Shown here: piece by piece, positions 20,406 to 28,885 of the stretch
Layout of the letters: each line of letters opens with the position of its first letter
How positions within the stretch are numbered: the first letter of the stretch is position 1
From: Desulfobacterales bacterium
Lineage (GTDB): Bacteria; Desulfobacterota; Desulfobacteria; Desulfobacterales; UBA2174
Reading direction: 5' to 3'
DNA: 64,000 nt
NCBI GenBank assembly: GCA_963668645.2
Contig: CAXXWC010000008.1
Location: 32,001-96,000 of the forward strand
Made by a program: the position numbers and the translations under genes
Notes under the pieces: generated by a model
Database searches by the model: none
What the model was told of the DNA's origin: nothing
Seen by the model: only the letters and a program-made list of their open reading frames with translations

Positions 20406-20951
20406 TTAACCTTGTCCCAGTACCAGCCAGGCCCGGATCTTGTACTGTGGTGCCTGGGGCTGGCTTTCGATTTCCAGCAACTCCAGATGGTCGAAGCTGG
20501 GCCAAGCCGAGAGGGTCAGCAAGAAATCGCGAAGATGATGATATGCTCCGCGCAACTGTCCTTCTACTAGCAGGCGGGTGGCGTCTTTGGTCACCGAGGC
20601 CGGAACCGGAACAAAATAAGATTCCTCCAGCCCGGCCGCAGCGGCCATGGATAACAGGGCCGCGGCCGCATTGTCTACCCGCAAAGGCCCTTTGTAAGGG
20701 GCCAGGCCTTGAATGACGATTTCCAGCTCGTTTTTCCGGTTGAGCTTCTGGTTGAGGCTGGCGTATAGGGGCGTGAAGATTTTCTGCTCCTCCAGCTTGG
20801 CCTCCATATTAGTCGTCTTGGCTTTGAGGTGATCGGTCTCGGTTCTGGCAGGCAAAATCCCCACCCCGACAATCAAAGCCAGCAGGATCAGGCCGATGCC
20901 GATAAAAAGGACGCTTCCCCTTGAGAATCTTGCCTGGTCAAGTCCGTTCAT
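20406..20951 (-). CDS. PilO/GspM-like alignment protein
   Basis: N-terminal TM, coiled coil, G.Y..L..FL..L ferredoxin-like motif; operon position. Confidence 0.65.
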   Translation of the reverse strand: MNGLDQARFSRGSVLFIGIGLILLALIVGVGILPARTETDHLKAKTTNMEAKLEEQKIFTPLYASLNQKLNRKNELEIVIQGLAPYKGPLRVDNAAAALLSMAAAAGLEESYFVPVPASVTKDATRLLVEGQLRGAYHHLRDFLLTLSAWPSFDHLELLEIESQPQAPQYKIRAWLVLGQG

Positions 20952-22758
20952 GGCTCACCTGCTTGAGATTGACATGGATCACAAACCGCAGTACCTGGCC
21001 TTCGGACTCGAAATCGACCGTCTTGCTGTCTTGGATCGTGGTGTCCCCGAAAAGGGGTGAATTGCGGATGCGGAACAGATAGCTGGACAGGTGGGTTTCG
21101 AAGCTGATTTTGTCTTCTTTGATAAATCCTTCCAACACGAGAAAACGGGCCTGTTTGGTCTCGGGCCGATCCATTTCCAAGCGTACGTTCAAAAGTCGGA
21201 TATTCGCAGGGGTGATGGCCGACAACTCGGCCAACACCGCTACCGGGGTGAATTTTTGGACGTATGCGCGCAATGTCGATGTGCGTTTGAGATAATCGGC
21301 CGCCATGCGGTTGATCCGGTTTGACGTGAGCAGCGGCGTTTGGGTATCCAGCTTTTGCTGAACCCGTTGATTTTGACGCCGGGCTTGGGCCAGTTCCTGC
21401 CGGGCCTGGAACAGGAAGATGGCGGTAATCAAGGCCAAAGCTAAAAATCCCACTCCCACCAGGGTGCCGTTCCGTCGCACGATTTTTTGTTTTTCCCGGT
21501 CCTGGGCGGTAAACAGAAAATTCGGTGTGATGTCATTGGATGACATGGCCAGGCCCGTTGCCAGCGCCAGGGCGATGCGCTGGGCGTCGTTGAGCGAGGT
21601 GATGCCGGGCGCGACATGGGGGATGGCAGGGTGGAGCGGATCGAGGACGATGGTTTTCAGGCCGAGCTGTTCCTGGAAAAACGCAAGGACTCCTGCAGCG
21701 CTCGCCAGCCGCCCGCATAGATAGAGCCGGGTGGGAGTAGGGTGGCCCAGCACGTTGGCGCAATGGTCGATGGTCCGCTCGACTTGGCGAACCAGGCGGT
21801 CAAGGGTGGGCTGGATCATCGTCCGGACATCTTCCGGCGATGCCGTTTCAGGCGGTGCGTTCTCTTCGAGCCGGGCGATCAAATTCAAGGCCCGCGCCCG
21901 CGCTTGCGAGTCTTGCGGCGCATAGTCGTCTGGCATGGGGCCTTGGGTTTCCAGGATATCCTCCGCCATGCTTTCAAGGCCGGTCTTGATGACCCGGCTC
22001 AGGAGAATGCGTTCGGCGCCATGGATATCGATGGTGGAGCTGTCCCGCCCAATGGACAAAACGGCAAAGGCTTCGGCGCCCGGATCGATACGCCGGCTGA
22101 CCAGCAGATTTTGCAGCGCGAAGGAAGAGAGGGTGATCCCCTCAAGCGGGAAGCCGGCCCTGGCAAACACTTTTTTGAGAAGACCGACTTCCTCGCGCGG
22201 GGCGGCGAAGATCTCCACGGCCAGTTTTTTGGCCCCGCTGTCGGTGGTTTCTCCAAGAATCCGGTAGTCGAAGGCCGTCGCGCCTTCATCGAAGCCTTTT
22301 TCTCTTTTGGCCGTCCAGAAAACGGCGTTGTGGATATCCTTTTTTATCGGCGGAATGCTGATTTGCCAGATCTCGCCCTTGTCGGTGGGGATCAGGGTCC
22401 AGATGCGCGATTTTTTTATTCCGTCGACGCGTTGCAGGGTTTGGCGCAGCAAAGCGATGAATTCAGGGCGGTCCGGTGGGCCCGGCGTCTTCGACACGGC
22501 TGTGAAAGCCTGTTGGGTATGCCAGGTGCCGGCGGTCCTGGCCATCTTGACAACCCTCAGGGTATCTGCCTGGATTTCCACTCCCACGACGATGTTGGCG
22601 CCAAAAGAAAGGCTTTTTTTCTCCTGGCCGGGCGAAGAGAGCCCGGGAAGGTCAACCGCTTCTTCGGCGACAAGGGGATCCGAAGACTGCCGGTCGTTCC
22701 CCTTGCGGATCACGTCCAGCAGCTTTTCCGTAGCGGAAATCTCATTCTCCGTTGACAA
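20938..22758 (-). CDS. PilM-PilN fusion (GspL-like architecture)
   Basis: Actin-like VGVEI...FDY...RQVERTIDH...LYLCG...ALATGLA domain, then TM and PilN-like LAELS.ITP.NIRL domain; TTG start with AGGAGG RBS. Confidence 0.75.
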   Translation of the reverse strand: MSTENEISATEKLLDVIRKGNDRQSSDPLVAEEAVDLPGLSSPGQEKKSLSFGANIVVGVEIQADTLRVVKMARTAGTWHTQQAFTAVSKTPGPPDRPEFIALLRQTLQRVDGIKKSRIWTLIPTDKGEIWQISIPPIKKDIHNAVFWTAKREKGFDEGATAFDYRILGETTDSGAKKLAVEIFAAPREEVGLLKKVFARAGFPLEGITLSSFALQNLLVSRRIDPGAEAFAVLSIGRDSSTIDIHGAERILLSRVIKTGLESMAEDILETQGPMPDDYAPQDSQARARALNLIARLEENAPPETASPEDVRTMIQPTLDRLVRQVERTIDHCANVLGHPTPTRLYLCGRLASAAGVLAFFQEQLGLKTIVLDPLHPAIPHVAPGITSLNDAQRIALALATGLAMSSNDITPNFLFTAQDREKQKIVRRNGTLVGVGFLALALITAIFLFQARQELAQARRQNQRVQQKLDTQTPLLTSNRINRMAADYLKRTSTLRAYVQKFTPVAVLAELSAITPANIRLLNVRLEMDRPETKQARFLVLEGFIKEDKISFETHLSSYLFRIRNSPLFGDTTIQDSKTVDFESEGQVLRFVIHVNLKQVSHERT

Positions 22759-22801
22759 GGTGTCGCCTCCTGTCCGGCTGAACTCGCATCCTGCACCTGG
22801 G

Positions 22802-24079
22802 TCAGTCGGTCCGATAGATGTCCTTCAACCCTTCTATCACATCCTGCAAGGAGCTTGACTCCTCAATATGGTAAAAATATTTTTTCTCCGGGTCCAGGTC
22901 CTGCATTCGCCGGGCTGCTGAAACGTCAATCCGGTGCGGATCGACATTGCCGCCCACTGCAGTCCGAGCCCCTTTGGGCATTTTGAAAAGGCAGCTATCT
23001 TGAGGCTCCGGATTGACCAGCGGACTTTCATAGTAAGGTCCGCTCTCTGCCCCGCTGGCCGGACCGATGCTCCAGGAAGGGGGGTTGAATTTTTCCTGCC
23101 GATCCAGGTAGTCCGTTTTGTACTGGGCGAAGGTGGACATCCCCTGGGAAAAATTCATCTGCATGACGTTTTCCAATTGGGAAATTTTGTTGTCACGGAT
23201 CAGGCCACTGACCGAGCTGTTGGCACGCAGAATGGAGAGCACCGGAATCCTGAAACCGTGTTTTGGTGACAGGTGAAGATGCTGCGCCATGATGACTTTC
23301 AAAGAGGTGGAAAGCTGGTAGCGGATCAGTTCGTGTACTTCCAGAGGAAAAGAATTGCCAAAACGATATAGGCATTCCTGCACATTAGCCGCGTGCATGG
23401 AGGCGATAACCAGATGGCCGGATTCGGCCGCGTTAAGCGTCAGGCGCATCGCTTCCGTTTCACGCAATTCGCCGACCACGATCACATCAGGATCCTCGCG
23501 CAGGACGTCCAGCAGACCGCGTTCGTAAGTCGGAAAGTGGGCGCCAAGCTCCCGTTGTTCGATGAAGGACTGTTCGGATTTGAATCGATACTCAATCGGG
23601 TCTTCCAGGGTGATGATATGCGCCGCCATGGTCATGTTAATATGCTTGACAAGAGCGGCTATGGTAGTGCTTTTACCGGCCCCGGTCGGGCCGCAGATCA
23701 GGATCAGGCCGGATTTGAATCGGGTGTAATCTTTTACCGATGGGTGCAGGTTGAGTGCCGCAATGCTCGGGATGTGGCCTGAAAGCAGTCGTACCGCCAT
23801 GCTCAATCCACGGCTGGTGTTGAACACATTGATCCGGATGCGATGGTTTTTTATGCTTGCGGCGAAATCCACGGAATGCCGGCTGCGCAAAAGGTTCAAC
23901 CGGTACGGATTGAGCATGCTTTGGACCAGGGTATCCACTTCTTGGGCGGTCCACGCCAAGCGATTGTCGAATTTGATGACACCGTTTTGTCTGAAAACAA
24001 GAGGATGCCCACCGGAAATATGCAAGTCCGAAAACTGGGATCTGACGGCTGCCTCGATCAGGTTGGCAAACTTTTCCAT
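22802..24079 (-). CDS. pilT: PilT/PilU-family retraction ATPase with C-terminal extension
   Basis: SDLHI, RIRINVF, GPTGAGKSTT, HIITLEDPIEY, QRELG, LREDPDVIVVGELR, AESGHLV; ATG at 24079. Confidence 0.88.
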   Translation of the reverse strand: MEKFANLIEAAVRSQFSDLHISGGHPLVFRQNGVIKFDNRLAWTAQEVDTLVQSMLNPYRLNLLRSRHSVDFAASIKNHRIRINVFNTSRGLSMAVRLLSGHIPSIAALNLHPSVKDYTRFKSGLILICGPTGAGKSTTIAALVKHINMTMAAHIITLEDPIEYRFKSEQSFIEQRELGAHFPTYERGLLDVLREDPDVIVVGELRETEAMRLTLNAAESGHLVIASMHAANVQECLYRFGNSFPLEVHELIRYQLSTSLKVIMAQHLHLSPKHGFRIPVLSILRANSSVSGLIRDNKISQLENVMQMNFSQGMSTFAQYKTDYLDRQEKFNPPSWSIGPASGAESGPYYESPLVNPEPQDSCLFKMPKGARTAVGGNVDPHRIDVSAARRMQDLDPEKKYFYHIEESSSLQDVIEGLKDIYRTD

Positions 24080-24243
24080 CAGGATCGTTCCTTCCGGCGG
24101 TCGCAACGCTTTTCGCCATTCTGGGACAAATCCAGCCAGGTGATTTTGTAGCGGTCGCAAGCGGTTTTTGGGGGGCTGCTTGGCTGAAGATTGAGCCTAA
24201 AATCGTTTTGCAGCCATGTAACTTATCAATCTCATTATTAATA

Positions 24244-24272
24244 TCTCTATAAAATACACCGGGGCATGTCAA
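24244..24272 (-). promoter_or_regulatory. Putative sigma70 promoter for the pil-like operon
   Basis: TTGACA-N17-TAGAGA, overlapped by the inverted repeat AAAATACAC...GTGTATTTT (24251-24290). Confidence 0.45.
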
Positions 24273-24394
24273 GCAGTAAAAAGTGTATTTTCGTTTCCAA
24301 AAAATCTTCAAATGAATCTGCTATTGCATGCATCGAGCCTGGCCGGCAACCGGCCCCTATTGACGCCTGGCATCGACCCGCGTAAGTCCATGTA

Positions 24395-24946
24395 ATGGAG
24401 CCAAACCGCATCCCATCCCTGGTGAGAAGCATCCTTCAGGGCCGGACGGAGCTTTTTACCGAACTGGTCGGCGAATTTCAAAAGCCGATTTACAATCTTG
24501 CCCTGCGCATGACCGGTTCGCCTGATGATGCTGCCGACCTGACCCAGGAGATTTTCGTGCGTGCCTGGATCAAATTGGACAGGTACGATCCTCAAAGAAA
24601 ATTTTTTACCTGGTTGTACACCCTGGCACTCAATCTGATTCGCAACCATTTGAAGAAAAGTTCGCGTCCATTTTGTGACGGGGTGCAGCCCTTTCACGAC
24701 CTGCCTCTTTCTTCTGAAGAGATCGATCCGGCTGCCGTGCTGGCCCGTAAAGAGGAAAAGGGGCGGATTGAGCGGCTTGTGCTGCGTCTTCCGGCGAACC
24801 AGCGAGAGGCTCTTTTGCTGCGGTTTTTCAGCGAATTGCCCTATGATGAAATCGCCGCCATTTTGGGTATTTCCCAAAGCGGTGTCAAGATGCGCGTCAG
24901 CCGCGCTCTGGCGCGGCTGCGCGTCCTGCTCGAAGAGGAGGACTGA
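24395..24946 (+). CDS. ECF RNA polymerase sigma factor
   Basis: Region 2 (DAADLTQEIF...F.TWLYTLALN) and region 4 (LP.NQREALLL...YDEIAAILG). Confidence 0.92.
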   Translation: MEPNRIPSLVRSILQGRTELFTELVGEFQKPIYNLALRMTGSPDDAADLTQEIFVRAWIKLDRYDPQRKFFTWLYTLALNLIRNHLKKSSRPFCDGVQPFHDLPLSSEEIDPAAVLARKEEKGRIERLVLRLPANQREALLLRFFSELPYDEIAAILGISQSGVKMRVSRALARLRVLLEEED

Positions 24947-24966
24947 GGCCGTAATCTGAAAACGGT

Positions 24967-26280
24967 TCAACCGATTTTAGCGGCAATCCGCCGCATTTCG
25001 TCCATGATGCCCAAAACATCGGCCGTCTGCAGGACCCGGTCGCGCACCACGACCTGCCCGTCGATCAAGACGTCCCGCACATCGGCCCCGGTGGCGGCAT
25101 AGACCACGGCCGAGGCCGGATGGTAGACCGGTACCAGATGGGGCCGGTCCGCCTTGAGCACAATGAGGTCCGCCCGCTTTCCCGGTTCAATGGAGCCGAT
25201 GACATCCCCCAACCCGATGGCCTTGGCCCCGCCGATGGTGGCCATTTCCACCACCTGGCGAGCGCCCAGGACCGTGGGCCGGCCGGCGGCCGTCTTGTGG
25301 AGTTTGGCGGCTGTGTCCATTTCCCGCAGCAGATCGAGATCGTTGTTGCTGGCACAACCGTCGGTGCCCAGGCCCACCGTGATCCCCGCGGCCAGCAAAG
25401 CGGGTACCGGCGCGATCCCGGAGGCAAGCTTCATGTTGCTCTGGGGATTGTGCGATACGGCGGTCCGGCGCCTGACCAGGATTTGGATATCGGCCTCGTC
25501 CACCCAAACGGCATGCACCGCCAGGGCTCCGGCATCCCACAGATCAAGATCATCGAGCCAGGCCACTGGTGAAAACCGGTGCGCTTCGATGCTCCGGTGC
25601 CGCTCGGCCTCGGTTTCGGCCACGTGAATCTGAAACAGGCACCCGGCCCGGCGCGCCGCCTCCCGCGCTTTTACCAGGGTGTCCCGGCCGCAGGTGTACG
25701 GTGAATGGCAGAAGATCGACGGGCAGATGCGTTCGTATCGCCCTTGCCAGCGGGCCACGAAATCCCGGGCCACGTCAACGTTGCGGCCGGGATCGGCCAC
25801 CCCGGGGGCCGGAAAGTCGATGACGCCCTGGCCGATCACGGCCCGCAGGCCCATGCCGGCGACCGCTTCGGTTACCTGGTCGGCGAGAAAGTAGCCGTCG
25901 CAGCAGCAGGTGGTCCCTCCGAGGAGCAGTTCGGCGCAGGCCAGCCGGGTGCCGCTACGCACGGTTTCAGGGGTAATGTGACGCGCTTCGGCCGGAAAGA
26001 TGCGCTCCTGGAGCCATTCCATGAGGGGTAGATCGTCGGCCAAGCCGCGAAAGAGCGTCATGGGAAGGTGGGTGTGGGTGTTGACCAGCCCCGGCATGAC
26101 GATCCCGCCGCCGGCATCCAGATGGGCGGTGGCCGGTAGCAGCGGATCCTTCGCGTTCCAAGGTCCTGCCTGGACGATGCGCCCATGGCGGATGGCGACC
26201 ATCCCGGGCCGGTGAACCTCGAAGGCTGGATTGACCGTCATTACGATGCCGTTATGGATGACCAGATCGTAGTGATTCAT
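24967..26280 (-). CDS. MTA/SAH deaminase-family amidohydrolase (paralogue 1)
   Basis: PGLVNTHTH, IHVAET, AVHAVW, SNMKLASG, GTDGCASNN; ATG at 26280. Confidence 0.88.
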   Translation of the reverse strand: MNHYDLVIHNGIVMTVNPAFEVHRPGMVAIRHGRIVQAGPWNAKDPLLPATAHLDAGGGIVMPGLVNTHTHLPMTLFRGLADDLPLMEWLQERIFPAEARHITPETVRSGTRLACAELLLGGTTCCCDGYFLADQVTEAVAGMGLRAVIGQGVIDFPAPGVADPGRNVDVARDFVARWQGRYERICPSIFCHSPYTCGRDTLVKAREAARRAGCLFQIHVAETEAERHRSIEAHRFSPVAWLDDLDLWDAGALAVHAVWVDEADIQILVRRRTAVSHNPQSNMKLASGIAPVPALLAAGITVGLGTDGCASNNDLDLLREMDTAAKLHKTAAGRPTVLGARQVVEMATIGGAKAIGLGDVIGSIEPGKRADLIVLKADRPHLVPVYHPASAVVYAATGADVRDVLIDGQVVVRDRVLQTADVLGIMDEMRRIAAKIG

Positions 26281-26436
26281 CGGCTCTCTTTTACCCCCAT
26301 CCCCATCAGTTGTCCATCCGCGGCCGTGTGCGACCTGGTCAAGCTTACGGGCTTGACCCCGCCACCCGGGATTGGATAAGGGTGCAGACTGAAACCCGGC
26401 CTCGGCCGCCACCTAAACCCAAGACGGAAACGTGCC

Positions 26437-27747
26437 ATGCCTGCCAATGATCTGTTTATTTGCAACGGAACGGTACTGACCCTCGACACGAATGCCAGGA
26501 TTATTCCCCACGGATATGTGACCGTGCACGATGGGCGCATCACTGCCGTGGCGCCGGGTGATCCGCCCCCGGCCGCAAGTGAGGTTCTGGATGCCGACGG
26601 GGGGTTGATTCTGCCAGGCCTGGTCAACACCCACACCCATGCGGCCATGACGCTCTTTCGCGGCTTGGCCGACGATCTGCCCCTGATGGAGTGGCTCGAA
26701 AATTATATTTTTCCCGTGGAAGGGCGCATGGATGCCGACTTCGTTTACACCGGCGCCTCCCTGGCATGCGCCGAGATGATCCGCTCGGGCACCACCTGCT
26801 TCGGCGACATGTACCTTTTCGCCCACGAGGTGGCCCGGGCGGCCCGCGATTGCGGGGTGCGCGCCGTGGTGGGCGAAGTGCTCTACGATTTTCCTTCGCC
26901 CAACTACGGTCCTATCGAGGCAGGCTTGGCCTATACCCGCGAACTCATCGAAACCTGGAAGAGCGATCCTCTTATCTCGGTGGCCGTCCAGCCCCATGCG
27001 TTGTACACCTGTGCGCCAGAGCTTCTTCAGCAAGCCGGTTGCATCGCGCGCGAGTTCGGCGTCCCGCTGATCATGCACCTTTGCGAGACCCAAAGCGAGA
27101 CCAGCCAGATCGAGTCACGCTACGGCCTGCGGCCCGTGGCCCACCTCGACCGTCTTGGTCTGCTGGATGCCAACCTGATCGCCGACCATGCCATCTGGCT
27201 GACGCCTGAAGAGATCGGCCTGCTGGCCGCAAGGGGGGTGCGGGTGGCCCACTGCGCCGAGAGCAACATGAAGCTCGCCTCTGGGGTGGCGCCTTTGCCG
27301 GAGCTGTTGGCCGCCGGGGTGCCGGTGGGGTTGGGCACCGACGGCTGCGCCAGCAACAACGACCTGGATCTTTTCGGCGAAATGGACACCGTGGCCAAGC
27401 TCCACAAGGTCCAGCGCCTGGACCCGACCATCATCGACGCCGCCACGGTGCTGCGCCTGGCCACCATCGAGGGGGCCAGGGTCCTGGGTCTGGCCGACCG
27501 CATCGGGAGCCTTGAACCGGGCAAGCGGGCCGATATCATCGTGGTCGATACCCGCCAACCCCATCTCACGCCCCTTTACAATCCGGTCTCCCATCTGGTC
27601 TATGCCGCCCGGGGGGCCGATGTCCGCCACACGGTGATCGACGGGCGGATTGTGATGCGCGACCGGCACCTTCTTGGCATCGATCTGGATGCCCTGCTTG
27701 AAAAGGCCCGGGCCAAGGCCCAGTTGGTCGGCTGCTGGCTGGCCTGA
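26437..27747 (+). CDS. mtaD: MTA/SAH deaminase-family amidohydrolase (paralogue 2)
   Basis: PGLVNTHTH, EMIRSGTTCFGDMY, PHALYTC, HLCET, SNMKLASG, GTDGCASNN. Confidence 0.88.
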   Translation: MPANDLFICNGTVLTLDTNARIIPHGYVTVHDGRITAVAPGDPPPAASEVLDADGGLILPGLVNTHTHAAMTLFRGLADDLPLMEWLENYIFPVEGRMDADFVYTGASLACAEMIRSGTTCFGDMYLFAHEVARAARDCGVRAVVGEVLYDFPSPNYGPIEAGLAYTRELIETWKSDPLISVAVQPHALYTCAPELLQQAGCIAREFGVPLIMHLCETQSETSQIESRYGLRPVAHLDRLGLLDANLIADHAIWLTPEEIGLLAARGVRVAHCAESNMKLASGVAPLPELLAAGVPVGLGTDGCASNNDLDLFGEMDTVAKLHKVQRLDPTIIDAATVLRLATIEGARVLGLADRIGSLEPGKRADIIVVDTRQPHLTPLYNPVSHLVYAARGADVRHTVIDGRIVMRDRHLLGIDLDALLEKARAKAQLVGCWLA

Positions 27748-27799
27748 AGCTGGGCGAGCAGGGGGGCGGTCTTCTGATTTTTGCTCCAGGCTGCGAACC

Positions 27800-28621
27800 T
27801 CAAAGTGCTGCGATCACTGCATCGATGAGCACCGCCAGTTGCGGGGCCACGTCGTTGGCCACGGCCACGATCTGTTCCAAACTGGCCAGCACCGGGCGGT
27901 CCGGGTCGTTGACGTTGGTGATGGTCGAAAGCCCCAAGATCCGCATGCCGGCATGGGTCGCCGTGATGGTCTCCATCACGGTGGAGAACCCAACCGCCTG
28001 GGCTCCGATGGTTTTTAAAAAACGCACTTCGGCCGGGGTTTCCAGCGAAGGGCCGAGCAGCCCGGCATAGACGCCCTGGCGCAGCGGTGCGCCGATTTCC
28101 AGGGCTTTGCGGACAGCCGTCGCTTCCAATCCGGAGTCGTAGACCCGGGACATGTCCGGAAAGCGTGGTCCCCAGTTGTTTTGGTTCGCCCCGCACAGGG
28201 GGTTGGCCCCGGTCAGATTGATGTGATCGCGGATCAGCATGATATCGCCCGGGGTAAAGGCCGGGTCGAGCCCGCCGGCGGCGTTGGTGACGATCAGAAC
28301 GCGCACTCCCAATTCCTGCATGACCCGCACCGGAAACGTGACCTCCAGCGGGCTGTACCCCTCGTAAAGGTGAAAGCGTCCCCTGAAGGCCATCAGCAGC
28401 CGGCCGGCCACCCGGCCAACCGACAACCGGCCGGCATGTCCGGTCACCGTGGACCGGGGAAAATGGGGCAGGTGAAGATAGTCGAAATCGACGGCTTCAG
28501 TCATGGTGGGCACCCCGCCGCCCAATCCGGTGCCGCTGATCAGGCCCACTTCGGGCCGCTCCCTGATATACTGTTTGATATACGCGGCCGTCTCTTCGGC
28601 CAGAACTTTATTGCGGATCAT
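27800..28621 (-). CDS. Purine-nucleoside phosphorylase (trimeric PunA/XapA type)
   Basis: GLISGTGLG, STV.GH.G, GRFHLYEG, TNAAGG, GPSLETPAE, GFSTVME, ITN. Start uncertain (28621-28636). Confidence 0.92.
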   Translation of the reverse strand: MIRNKVLAEETAAYIKQYIRERPEVGLISGTGLGGGVPTMTEAVDFDYLHLPHFPRSTVTGHAGRLSVGRVAGRLLMAFRGRFHLYEGYSPLEVTFPVRVMQELGVRVLIVTNAAGGLDPAFTPGDIMLIRDHINLTGANPLCGANQNNWGPRFPDMSRVYDSGLEATAVRKALEIGAPLRQGVYAGLLGPSLETPAEVRFLKTIGAQAVGFSTVMETITATHAGMRILGLSTITNVNDPDRPVLASLEQIVAVANDVAPQLAVLIDAVIAAL

Positions 28622-28802
28622 CACTTTTCGTCCCATCGATAAAGAGTTACTCTCGGATCCATGCATCCGGTCCGCCTTCATCCGGCGGCTGAGCGCTGGA
28701 ATTTTGCATAAAGCTGCGGTGCGATGGACGTTGAGGCCATAGCAGATTTGCCGCCAGCCGAAAAGAGTCGGAGCCGGATAGGCTGGACTGCCCGGCACTG
28801 CG

Positions 28803-28832
28803 TTGACACGCTGTTGGCGATTTGCCTAAAAT
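28803..28832 (+). promoter_or_regulatory. Sigma70 promoter for the GcvT-SHMT fusion gene
   Basis: TTGACA-N18-TAAAAT, about 50 nt before the GAGGAG RBS and ATG. Confidence 0.7.
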
Positions 28833-28885
28833 CAAATAATTGTCCGCTGTCGCATCGTTCATTTGGGTTAGAGAGGAGCAGGTCT

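Noticed and set aside
24080..24394. c-di-GMP-I riboswitch ahead of the pil-like operon
   Set aside because: No GGCAAAC...GAAA...GACGCAAAGC pattern found on either strand.
28640..28885. Glycine riboswitch upstream of the gcvT fusion
   Set aside because: The predicted leader is only about 50 nt and lacks aptamer motifs.
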